A DNA stretch of 25,168 nt from Tubiluchus corallicola (Eukaryota; Animalia; Priapulida), in contig JAQGDQ010001798.1 in assembly GCA_030141605.1 (NCBI GenBank), positions 1-25,168 of the forward strand, read 5' to 3'. The notes beneath the pieces were generated by a model. It was not told where the DNA came from. It searched no databases and saw only the letters and a list, made by a program, of their open reading frames with translations. The translations under genes and the position numbers were made by a program. Each line of letters starts with the position of its first letter. Position 1 is the stretch's first letter. Below, one piece after another: positions 1 through 15,426 of this stretch.

Positions 1-199
1 AAAGCACATGTACGTTTGCCAGTGAAGCAGTCCTGCAGTCGTACATTTCGCTAGTAGTACATACGCCAGTAAAAGTTCTCTGCTGTATGCTATTAAACTA
101 CTCCTTTAACAAAAGCTTCAGTTCGCCTGTAAAATTTATAACTATGTTATTACCTTATCCTTTAACAAATGTTTCGTTTCGCCAACGGTACATTTCGCA

Positions 200-1010
200 T
201 TTGAAAATTCTTTGTTGTATTCGACCTAATTTACCTTTCTATTTAAGAAATGTTTCATTTGCTAGTAGTCCTAACACCCACTTATTTCTAAGTAAATTTC
301 TAAAAACGTACGTAGATGAATTAGTTTTTAGTTCCTGTATTTACGCTGATGATCAGACTTATAATAAAAATAATTATGCTTTCATCCGTGGTCGGAATAA
401 AAATTATTTAATTTTTGCCTGGGAGTCAAAATTTAAGCAAAGTCACATCAATATGCTAGACTTAGCCTGTTTAGACTTAAATTTTGCACAAACACATAAA
501 AACGATCATAACGTTCATACAAAATTGGAAAAATACTTATGGCACACCATGCGGAGTGGACTTATTTAATCCGAAATATAAATGAAGAAATTTTCTTGAA
601 GACAACATAAAGGGTTAAGATTTGTCATGTATATAGCTCCTCAAAGGGAACTAAATATAATTAAATAAGGATAGACTAAAGAAAAATAAAGAGTAAGGTT
701 ATTCGATTTGGACAAATTGTGTAAAATATAGACATAGTACCTATATTTGGATATTTTTGCATCAACATGATATATGAGAACTCCATTCCACACATGATCG
801 TGGCAAAAACTACAATTTAAAATCTGGTAGAATGAAAATATCCAAATAGGAAGGCCATCAATATAACGACTACAATGAAGTGCCAATCAATGGCTTACTT
901 TTGGAGCTACATTGAATGTACTTAGTTTTAGTGAGATTATAAGATAATTTGTTGGCTTTAAAATAATAATTTGTTTTATGACTCATTTTTAACATCAATG
1001 ATCAGGTAAA
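200..1010 (-). mobile_element. Highly degraded L2/CR1-group LINE ORF2 fragment (region C-terminal to the RT catalytic motif)
   Basis: Minus-strand translation across stops and frameshifts gives collinear motifs KANKLSYNLTKTKYI (~960-915), EWSSHI..AKISK (~790-748), TLYFSLVYPYL and *GAIYMTNLNPLCCLQ (~695-596). These match the typical ANKLSLNxxKTK / WxxHI..KISK / LYYSLIYPYL..WGxTYxTNLxPL..LQK pattern. Boundaries are approximate. Confidence 0.75.
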
Positions 1011-1127
1011 AGAACAGTACACAAACAATGCAATCTGTTACAATGAAAAAAATACATAGACAGAACCCCATGGGTCTAATCGTCAACAAAATGCACAATA
1101 ACATACAACAATGATAATAACAACAAC

Positions 1128-1218
<91 letters not shown>

Positions 1219-1260
1219 GTAAACGTGTTTACCGTAGTTAAGTATTACAATTTTACAGCT

Positions 1261-3025
<1,765 letters not shown>

Positions 3026-3026
3026 G

Positions 3027-3572
3027 TTTAAACATAATTTATTATAGGATTGGATCAGACAGTTTGAACAACATGATTTAGGATCCTCACCACAACAGAC
3101 TTTATACACTATTTACAAAAACATTTACAGTAAGAATAGACTATAACTACACAAGCTGACAAGTTTTACTACAAGATTACATTAGACATTAGTAACATTT
3201 ACAGTAAGAATATACTATAACTACACAAGCTGACAAGTTTTACTACAAGATTACATTAGACATTAGTAGAAAATGACGGTTAGTAAATATTAATGTACGA
3301 ATATTTAAGACTGATGCATTTCATATCAGATAGAAACTACTGGAAGCGTTTAGTACGTAATATAAAGTCGTGTATACATTGGAATATTTTACAGTTAGCA
3401 ACATAGTTAAATTCATCTTTACCGAATAATAACAACTTCAACAGATCATTAGTTCCTAAAGCAGCTAAATTAAGGTTTTCAAGCAGAAGTATTTCATTTA
3501 ATTTATCAAACATAACAACCCTAGGGAAATCTTTGAAATGTGAGCACAATGAAAAGAGACGTAGAATTGTCC
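3027..3572 (-). mobile_element. 5'-truncated CR1-group LINE: ORF2 C-terminus, 3' UTR and tail
   Basis: The ORF at 3337-3549 extends to TILRLFSLCSHF..R...LLKLLLFG....N.KIF..IHDFILRTKRF*. This resembles the HxxxxC..R...LLLYG....N..I...I..T.RF end of invertebrate CR1-type ORF2. The minus-strand 3' end reads ...CCAATCCTATAATAAATTATGTTTAAAC. Confidence 0.8.
3120..3268 (+). repeat. 74/75-bp tandem duplication inside the LINE 3' UTR
   Basis: AACATTT(T)ACAGTAAGAATA(G/T)ACTATAACTACACAAGCTGAC...GACATTAGT at 3120 and 3194. Confidence 0.95.
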
Positions 3573-3902
3573 ATTATATTATGTACTAAACTAAACAGTT
3601 TACACTATAACTGTATCTTTTGCTACAAAGTTTTAAAAACTATTGTAAATTTTTTAAAACCTTTATCTTGCTTACAGCGGTAAATTTGTAAATCTGATGT
3701 TATAATATTGTATTTATTGATACATTAATGCTCTTTTATCTGTGTAGTTCATCACTTACACCTTGTATTGTTCTCATCATACACATTTACACTATTGCTA
3801 AGAACAGTTAAATATTTTTACCTTGTTATATAACCTGTTGTGAATGTCTGTTTTTAATATGTATCGTTAGACTGTTGATTAATAGATTGCAATAAAGAGT
3901 TC

Positions 3903-3905
<3 letters not shown>
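3573..3905 (+). mobile_element. Possible 3' end of a second degraded L2-like LINE with microsatellite tail
   Basis: Remnant peptides TKL-NSL and LQSFKNYCKFF resemble the KLWNSL..SLxxFKxxLK ORF2 end. AATAAA at 3891 is followed by an (AATGAT)n tail. Confidence 0.4.
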
Positions 3906-3938
<33 letters not shown>

Positions 3939-3963
3939 GATAATAATAATAGTGATAATGATA

Positions 3964-4000
<37 letters not shown>

Positions 4001-4025
4001 CGATGACGATGACGATGACGATGAT

Positions 4026-4057
<32 letters not shown>

Positions 4058-4108
4058 CGACGACGACAACGACAACGACAACGACAACGATAACGATAAT
4101 GATAATAA
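3904..4108. repeat. Compound (AATGAT)/(GAT)/(GAC)n microsatellite
   Basis: Directly visible. Confidence 0.97.
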
Positions 4109-4162
4109 CTGGAGTGAGGCCTTTCGTTTGACATATAGATTGCCAGAAATGGTGCTGTCGTT

Positions 4163-6651
<2,489 letters not shown>

Positions 6652-6893
6652 TTATGTCGTTATTTCTCAAACAATCCAGATCTACCTGCTCTAGACTGTT
6701 TGCATTGCCTGCAATAATTAGTTGATTTGCTTCGCAATCACGACTTTTTATAAATGCATGTTTTGGTTGTTTACGAGGGAACTAATATTTGTGTTTACTG
6801 TTTACACCACCTAAAACAGGTGCACGTGTTTTGAACTCGAGTTTATTGTCAGCTTATCATAATCATAAACTACCTGGTCGCTTCTTTACAAAG

Positions 6894-7014
6894 CCAATCA
6901 GCCGAGCAAAATTGCAATTGTCCTAATTTGTATGACTAATGAAGCAGCGGGCATCAAGATTGGGCTATTTGCATCACGACCTATTGGGCGTCAAGATTGG
7001 CCTATTTGCATCAC
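6894..7014. promoter_or_regulatory. Cluster of CCAAT boxes and two octamer motifs in a 37-bp-period duplication
   Basis: TCAAGATTGG(G/C)CTATTTGCATCAC occurs twice (ATTTGCAT at 6967 and 7004). CCAAT/ATTGG occurs at 6894, 6959, 6983 and 6996. Function is not shown. Confidence 0.3.
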
Positions 7015-7189
7015 CCGGGCAATCGTGGATTAGCGGCTACCCACTTACTCTTGTTAAATGAGCAAGTGCGCGTAGTAATACAAGTTTTTCACACGCTACA
7101 AGAAAATAGTGCAAATGACAGGTGTGATTAGGAGGATGCTTGGGCAGTTGGGGGGGGGGGGGGGGAGAATGTCAGCTAGATTTATGCAA

Positions 7190-7350
7190 CTAGAAAAGAA
7201 AATAATTCATAATTTAAAACACTCGTCTGCCTCCTGGTGAAACGTCACAGCATCGCTATCCCAGCGTGCACCACTGACTCACCAAAAACACACAGTATTG
7301 GTCTTGCTGACCAATTTAAAGTAATTTATATTTTTACTTAGTTAGCGAAG
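7190..7350 (-). mobile_element. Fragment of the Kolobok-like family
   Basis: TAGAAAAGAAAAT...CCCAGCGTGCACCACTGACTCACCAAA aligns with 2179-2272. Its reverse complement aligns with ~20635-20775. Confidence 0.6.
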
Positions 7351-7380
7351 ATTGCGTTACAAATGCACTGATTATTTTTG

Positions 7381-10216
7381 GAACCAGTGGTGCACTCTGG
7401 GATAGTGATACAGTGATGTTTTTGAATCACTGGTGCACACTGGGATAGTGGTACAGTGATGTTCTTGAATCACTGGTGCACACTGGGATAGTGGTACAGT
7501 GATGTTTTTGAATCACTGGTGCACACTGGGATAGTGATACAGTGATGTTTTTGAATCACTGGTGCACACTGGGATAGTGATACAGTGATGTTCTTGAATC
7601 ACTGGTGCACACTGGGATAGTGATACAGTGATGTTTTTCAATCACTGGTGCACACTGGGATAGTGATACAGTGATGCTTTTGAAACACTGGTGAACACTG
7701 GGATAGTGATACAGTGATGTTTTTGAATCACTGGTGCACACTGGGATAGTGATACAATGATGTTTTTGAATCACTGGTGCACACTGGGATAGTGATACAG
7801 TGATGTTTTTGAATCACTGGTGCACACTGGGATAGTGATACAGTGATGTTTTTGAATCACTGGTGCACACTGGGATAGTGATACAGTGATGTTTTTGAAT
7901 CACTGGTGCACACTGGGATAGTGATACAGTGATGTTTTTGAATCACTGGTGCACACTGGGATAGTGATACAGTGATGTTCTTGAATCACTGGTGAACACT
8001 GGGATAGTGATACAGTGATGTTTTTGAATCACTGGTGCACACTGGGATAGTGATACAGTGATGTTTTTCAATCACTGGTGCACACTGGGATAGTGATACA
8101 GTGATGTTTTTGAATCACTGGTGAACACTGGGATAGTGATACAGTGATGTTCTTGAATCACTGGTGCACACTGGGATAGTGATACAGTGATGTTTTTGAA
8201 TCACTGGTGCACACTGGGATAGTGATACAGTGATGTTTTTAAATCACTGGTGCACGCTGGGATAGTGATACAGTGGTGTTTTTCAATCACTGGTGCACAC
8301 TGGGATAGTGATACAGTGATGTTTTTAAATCACTGGTGCACACTGGGATAGTGATACAGTGATGCTTTTGAATCACTGGTGCACACTGGGCTAGTGATAC
8401 AGTGATGTTCTTGAATCACTGGTGCACACTGGGATAGTGATACAGTGATGTTTTTGAATCACTGGTGCACTCTGGGATAGTGATACAGTGATGTTTTTGA
8501 ATCACTGGTGCACACTGGGATAGTGATACAGTGATGTTCTTGAATCACTGGTGCACACTGGGATAGTGATACAGTGATGTTTTTGAATCACTGGTGAACA
8601 CTGGGCTAGTGATACAGTGATGTTCTTGAATCACTGGTGCACACTGGGCTAGTGATACAGTGATGTTCTTGAATCACTGGTGCACATTGGGATAGTGATA
8701 CAGTGATGTTTTTGAATCACTGGTGCACACTGGGATAGTGATACAGTGATGTTCTTGAATCACTGGTGCACACTGGGATAGTGATACAGTGATGTTTTTG
8801 AATCACTGGTGCACACTGGGATAGTGATACAGTGATGTTCTTGAATCACTGGTGCACACTGGGATAGTGATACAGTGATGTTTTTGAATCACTGGTGCAC
8901 ACTGGGATAGTGATACAGTGATGTTTTTGAATCACTGGCGCACACTGGGATAGTGATACAGTGATGGTTTTGAATCACTGGTGCACACTGGGATAGTGAT
9001 ACAATGATGTTCTTGAATCACTGGTGCACACTGGGATAGTGATACAGTGATGTTTTTGAATCACTGGTGAACACTGGGATAGTGGTACAGTGATGTTTTT
9101 GAATCACTGGTGCACACTGGGATAGTGATACAGTGATGTTTTTGAATCACTGGTGCACACTGGGATAGTGATACAGTGATGTTTTTGAATCACTGGTGCA
9201 CACTGGGATAGTGATACAGTGATGTTTTTGAATCACTGGCGCACACTAGGATAGTGATACAATGATGTTTTTGAATCACTGGCGCACACTAGGATAGTGA
9301 TACAGTGATGTTTTTGAATCACTGGTGAACACTGGGATAGTGATACAGTGATGTTTTTGAATCACTGGTGCACACTGGGATAGTGATACAGTGATGTTCT
9401 TGAATCACTGGTGCACACTGGGATAGTGATACAGTGATGTTTTTGAATCACTGGTGCACACTGGGATAGTGATACAGTGATGTTTTTGAATCACTGGTGA
9501 ACACTGGGATAGTGATACAGTGATGTTTTTGAATCACTGGTGCACACTGGGATAGTGATACAGTGATGTTCTTGAATCACTGGTGCACACTGGGATAGTG
9601 ATACAGTGATGTTTTTGAATCACTGGCGCACACTGGGATAGTGATACAGTGATGTTTTTGAATCACTGGTGCACACTGGGATAGTGATACAGTGATGTTT
9701 TTGAATCACTGGTGAACACTGGGATAGTGATACAGTGATGTTTTTGAATCACTGGTGCACACTGGGATAGTGATACAGTGATGTTTTTGAATCACTGGTG
9801 CACACTGGGATAGTGATACAGTGATGTTTTTGAATCACTGGTGCACACTGGGATAGTGATACAGTGATGTTTTTGAATCACTGGTGCACACTGGGATAGT
9901 GATACAGTGATGTTTTTGAATCACTGGTGCACACTGGGATAGTGATACAGTGATGTTTTTGAATCACTTGTGCACATTAGGATAGTGATACAGTGATGTT
10001 CTTGAATCACTGGTGCACACTGGGATAGTGATACAGTGATGTTTTTGAATCACTGGTGCACACTGGGATAGTGATACAGTGATGTTTTTGAATCACTGGT
10101 GCACACTGGGATAGTGATACAGTGATGTTTTTGAATCACTGGTGCACACTGGGATAGTGATACAGTGATGTTCTTGAATCACTGGTGCACACTGGGATAG
10201 TGATACAGTGATGTTT
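7381..10216 (+). repeat. 43-bp satellite/minisatellite, ~66 copies (GAATCACTGGTGCACACTGGGATAGTGATACAGTGATGTTTTT)
   Basis: Unit starts at 7381, 7424, 7467 ... 10176 (=7381+65x43). I saw point variants only and no spacers. Confidence 0.98.
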
Positions 10217-10282
10217 CATCAGTTGGCGGGAACAATTTAAATTAAATTCCTTTCCACTTGCATATTAAATCTATCAAACTGG

Positions 10283-11103
10283 TTCACTCACTGAGTCATT
10301 CATTCATTCATTCACTCAGTAACAGCCACCCATTCACCAACTCTTTCACTCACTCGTTCACCCACTCACTCATCCACCCACTCACTCACTCATTGACTCA
10401 CTGACTCACTCATCCACTCATTCACCCACTCTCTCACTCCCTCACTCACTCAATCACTCCCTCACTCTCTCGCTCCCTCATTCATTTACTCACTCACTTA
10501 CTCAGTTACTCTCTCACTCTCTAACTTACTCCCTCCCTCCCTCACTCACTTACTCACTCACTCATCCTCACTCACTCACTGACTCACTCACTCATTCACT
10601 CACTCACTCACTCCCTCGCTCCCTCACTCACTCACTCATTTACTCACTCACTCATCCACCCACTCACTCACTCACTCACTCACTCACTGACTCACTCACT
10701 CACTCACTCACTGACTCACTGACTCACTGACTCACTCATTCACTCATTCACTGACTCGCTCGCTCACTTACTCATTCACTCAGTCATTCACTCGCTTGCT
10801 CAGTCAGTCAGTCACTCACTCACTCATTCACTACCTCACTCACTCCCTCCCTCACTCACTCTCTCCCTCCCTCCCTCACTCACTCACTCACTCACTCACT
10901 CACTGACTCACTCACTGACTCACTCACTCACTCACTCACTCACTCACTCACTCACTCACTCACTCACTCACTCACTCACTCACTCACTCACTCACTCACT
11001 CACTCACTCACTCACTCACTCTCACTCACTCACTCACTCACTCACTCCCTCCCTCACTCCCTCACTCACTCACTCCCTCACTCACTCACTCACTCACTCA
11101 CTC
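10283..11103. repeat. Degenerate (CACT)n tetranucleotide microsatellite
   Basis: Directly visible, and purer toward the 3' end. Confidence 0.96.
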
Positions 11104-12197
11104 AGTTAATATTAATTTATTTATTGAAACTTACCAGTAATTTAGTCTTACGTTAATTCTACGGGCTCGTTCACACCAGATATCTACACTTTACCCATCA
11201 CCGTAACAAAACGCTGATATTCCAAGAGTAACACAAAATTGATCTGTTAACTCTTTCACAACTTCATCTTCTGGCTTCCAACATTTCTTACACTCTTAAT
11301 TAAAACTGAAGCCAAGCAATTAACAGCCCCCCCCCACGGAAGTGTGCAAGTTGGGGCGGTTCTAAAACCTTGGGGTCAAAGTTTTTGCTACTAAGTTTAG
11401 AATGCCCCACATACTGTGCTGTTAACCAACAATTTTCGTAACTTTATTGTTTATTTTAGCTGTTAATTAAGAAATTAATTAAGATTTAAACCCGGGTATT
11501 TCTCAACGCGTTAAAATTTACAGTAGCCACGCCTACAGGTGCGTTCACAAGTTTTTCTAGCAAACAATTCACACGTTCATATTTGACAAGTATGGGGAGT
11601 CAAAAAGGACAAACAAACTTTCCCGGTAACTTTGCAAAGTTCTCACAAGCGTGCGTGACGTAGTATTTGCTCACCGTTCGGATTTCGATCAACGCGTTAT
11701 AGGTACATTGTTCGAATCTGTTCTATTACGGTGATCGATACCTGCGATCGATAATCACCTAACGCGGCAATTTAACGAGAAAGTTTATTTTTTGGCAAAA
11801 ACGGCTCGTATGCATTATGTACGACGCAAGCGTGCTGAAATTTTTCTTCAAATATTTGGACAGAAAATCGCATGGCCGTTTAATAGCGTTCTTGTTATTT
11901 TTAAATAAAAAATTTGAAATATCTTACTCGCGTGTCTGCAAAATTGGCAAGCTTTTAAAGAATCGAAATTTCAAAGTTATCGCGAAGTTCGTCTCATAAT
12001 TACTTCGCGTTTAATTAGCTTGACTTGTGAATATGACATTATTTGTCTTCTTGCTCATCTCTCTTTCATAATTTTTTCATCTAATTTCCTCCTTTCTTAG
12101 CCTTGTTACAGCATTGATATAGCTTAAATTTCCCTCTAATCTTACTGTACTTATTTGCTTCTCAATGACCTTTTACATTATAGGTTTAGACCTGCGT

Positions 12198-12912
12198 TAA
12201 CTCAAATGTAGATTTAGGTAATTCAAATGTGTCTTGGTAACTCAAATGTAGACTTAGGTAGTTCAAATGTGTCTTGGTAACTCAAATGTAGATTTAGGTA
12301 ATTCAAATGTGTCTTGGTAACTCAAATGTAGACTTAGGTAGTTCAAATGTGTCTTGGTAACTCAAATGTAGATTTAGGTAATTCAAATGTGTCTTGGTAA
12401 CTCAAATGTAGATTTAGGTAGTTCAAATGTGTCTTGGTAACTCAAAGGAAGTTTTAGGTAGTTCTAATGTGTCTTGGTAACTCAAATGTAGATTCAGCTA
12501 ATTCAAATGTGTCTTGGTAACTCAAATGTAGATTTAGGTAGTTCAAATGTGTCTTGGTAACTCAAATGTAGATTTAGGTAGTTCAAATGTGTCTTGGTAA
12601 CTCAAATGTAGACTTAGGTAGTTCAAATGTGTCTTGGTAACTCAAATGTAGACTTAGGTAGTTCAAATGTGTCTTGGTAACTCAAATGTAGACTTAAATA
12701 GTTCAAATGTGTCTTGGTAACTCAAATGTAGACTTAGGTAGTTCAAATGTGTCTAGGTAGCTCAAATATGGATTTAGCTAATTCAAATGTGTCTTGGTAA
12801 CTCAAATGTAGATTTAGGTAATTCAAATGTGTCTTGGTAACTCAAATGTAGACTTAGGTAATTCAAATGTGTCTTGGTAACTCAAATGTAGACTTGGGTA
12901 GTTCAAATGTGT
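12198..12912 (+). repeat. 40-bp tandem repeat, ~18 copies (dimer of 21- and 19-bp TCAAATGT subunits)
   Basis: CTCAAATGTAGA(T/C)TTAGGTA(A/G)TTCAAATGTGTCTTGGTAA at 12201, 12241 ... 12881. Confidence 0.97.
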
Positions 12913-13427
12913 TAACAATGGTTTTCAACAAATCTTAAGCGTTTTTGGTAAGTCAAATGTAGACACATGTCAAGTCAAATGTGACATTGGTATCTCAAAT
13001 GTGGATAGGTGGTAAAGTTTAAGGATGTAAAATTTAATCTCCTTTAATCTTAATTTAATAATTGCTGTGAAAATAATAACTTTATAGCTCTACTAATAGT
13101 TCACTAATATTCTGTAAACTTTACATACTATTGGAACTGTTAGAGAAAACAATACATTCTTAAAATAAACAATATTTCTTGAGACAAACTAATTCATTAA
13201 TGCAGTGCTAATGCATTACTTAAAAAACTAATTAGTGATTCACTGTTCATTGGGAAGTGGGAACCAATTTATTCTTTTCTACCGACATTATGGTTTATGA
13301 AAGAATTTAGTTTGAGGATAAACAACGCATTTTTCAAAGTTATGAAAGAGGTGATGACTATCTTTGGTTTATCTTTTTGTAATTTGCACTTAAATGAGTT
13401 AATTACCGATTTATTCAAAGTACCGCA

Positions 13428-13625
13428 TCTACATTTGACTTACCTAAGTCACATTTGAGTTACCAAAACACATTCGAAATTCCTATGTCTACATTTGACT
13501 TACCTAAGTCACATTTGAACTTTCCTATGTCTACATTTGACTTACCTAAGTCACATTTGAACTTTCCTGTGTCTACATTTGACTTACCTAAGTCACATTT
13601 GAACTTTCCTGTGTCTACATTTGAC
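13428..13625 (-). repeat. 42-bp tandem repeat, ~4 copies, related in reverse to the 40-bp array
   Basis: TCTACATTTGACTTACCTAAGTCACATTTGAACTTTCCT(A/G)TG is repeated. Its reverse complement contains TCAAATGT..ACTTAGGTA..TCAAATGT. Confidence 0.93.
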
Positions 13626-14688
13626 GTGTAAAACCTATAATAATGTTCTAGTTTTCTGTACTTAAGCTGTGTAAGACAGGTCAACGTTGAACATTTAGAC
13701 CTGTGGGCTGACCAGGCTAATTGTTCTGCTGTGTTTTAGTATAGTGCTATTTTAGTATTGATAATAATTATGTTATTTGATTCTGTGATTGTACCTGCTA
13801 GTATAGTTATTAAATTTAAGTTTATTTATTTCCACTCTGCATCTAACAGTTATAATAAAAATACAGATAATTTCACTGAAATAAATATAAATATAAATGC
13901 AGTATAATCCAGAAATTACAAAAGAGATTCTTATGCAGCATATACATGTGCAAATTACATTACAGAGTAATTTTGATGCATACAGTTTGAGTCTAAAAGC
14001 ATAGCTTGACAGGCCAAACTGTACGTGGAAATCTTAAAGAAGTGATTAATAATTGAAATAATGATAATATATACATAAAAGTGGGCGGGGGGGGTAGTGA
14101 ATGAAAGATGAAATGTATAGTTATTACAATATAATTCCTGGTGACTTGTCAATGATTGTATTGTTTGATTCTTTGATCGTAAAAGCTAACAGGCTTAATA
14201 ATTGTGGGCAAACTTTAATTCGGTATCAGCTCTTCCCCCCCCCCCGTTTCCTTGCCCTCAAAAGTCTTGTTTTAGACGCTTAAAAGGAATGAACGGTTTT
14301 CTCTTTCGAGCTGTGAAGTCTAATTACCACTGATATAAAGAGGAGGAGGGATTTTCAATGTCACCTCGGTCGCTTACTTGAAGAGAAATGTACGGAAACG
14401 TAAAAGAAACAAAAGTTTTTTACTCTCATTAGCGTTGTGCTTCAACATTGTAATTAAGGTATTTATTGATGATGTTCAAGAAGCGTTTTAAGACATGCAG
14501 ACAAGAACAATGGCGGCTCGTATTTAAAATTACTGGGGGTGCTGTAATTTTAAACAAAGAAAAAGATGAAAGTTTATACATAAACTTGATAAATTCTAAG
14601 CGAAAAAAATATTCTTTGCTTACTGATAGCCTAAGTTGTCGCAGTTCAAGAATATGCTGGTACAGGGCTTTTAAACACGTGACAACTG

Positions 14689-15062
14689 ACAGCACACTGT
14701 GTGAGTGGCAGTACTTTCTCTACCTAGCAGCAGACGCTAGTAGTACAGCGTACATTGTATTATCTCAGATACGTAGCTTGAGCTGTGAACGCACTGTGCT
14801 GGGCTGTGAAGGAAACAGCACACTGTGTGAGTGGCAGTACTTTCTCTACCTAGCAGCAGACGCTAGTAGTACAGCGTACATTGTATTATCTCAGACACGT
14901 AGCTTGAGCTGTGAACACACTGTGCTAGGCTGTGAAGGAAACAGCACACTGTGTGAGTGGCAGTACTTTCTCTACCTAGCAGCAGATGCTAGCGTACATT
15001 GTATTATCTCAGACACGTAGCTTGAGCTGTGAACACACTGTGCTGGGCTGTGAAGGAAACAG
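14689..15062 (+). repeat. 126-bp tandem repeat x3 (third copy has an 8-nt deletion)
   Basis: ACAGCACACTGTGTGAGTGGCAGTAC at 14689, 14815 and 14941. Confidence 0.96.
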
Positions 15063-15181
15063 TCCTACCCTCATGAGCTATGATGGACAATCATATATGC
15101 TGCTTCAGAAAATTTTTAGCCATTGTTTTAATACTGTGTAAAATGAAAGAAACATGTGTAATTTTAATGTTGTAATTTGTA

Positions 15182-15426
15182 GTTGTAATTTTAAACAAAC
15201 AAACATACGAAAATTTGTACATGAACTTGATAAAATCCTAAACAAATTTTTTTTCCTTACTGATGGCCTAAAGTTGTCGCAGTTCAAGAATATGCCTGTA
15301 CACGGACAACTGGCAACAAACTGTGTGAGCGACAGTGCTTTCTCTACCTAGTAGCTGACGCTAGCAGTGGAACCTACCATCCAAACACCGCGTTGCTGGG
15401 CTGTGAAGCAAACAGTACTACCCTCA
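15182..15426 (+). repeat. Diverged direct copy of 14541-15073 without the triplication
   Basis: Shared blocks TGTAATTTTAAACAAA, AAGTTGTCGCAGTTCAAGAATATGC, CTTTCTCTACCTAG, GCTGGGCTGTGAAG and CTACCCTCA occur in the same order. Confidence 0.9.

Larger units (their letters stand above)
12177..13641. mobile_element. Non-autonomous DNA transposon-like element with short TIRs and inverted subterminal tandem arrays
   Basis: ATTATAGGTTT (12177-12187) and AAACCTATAAT (13631-13641) are a perfect inverted pair. TCAAATGT-based arrays lie on + at the left end and on - at the right end. Confidence 0.65.

Noticed and set aside
87-569. 160-aa + strand ORF containing YADD (RT-like motif)
   Set aside because: It lacks the upstream PQG motif and the downstream RT motifs. 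The recognisable LINE motifs here are on the opposite strand, so YADD is probably chance.
7381-10216. Regular array with palindromic units resembling CRISPR
   Set aside because: Units are head-to-tail with no unique spacers, no cas genes are present, and the context is eukaryotic.
7225-10230. 7225-7288 and the satellite flanks as the TIRs of a single MITE
   Set aside because: The minus-strand homology continues to ~7350 and matches the interior of 20395-20874, so two back-to-back fragments of one family fit better.
13460-13684. 74-aa ORF with repeated KSNVDxGKFKCDLG
   Set aside because: It is a by-product of the 42-bp subterminal repeat.
14466-15020. 184-aa ORF with a 42-aa repeat
   Set aside because: It is explained by the 126-bp triplication. 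It frameshifts in copy 3, has no recognisable domain, and the frame is not kept in the paralog.
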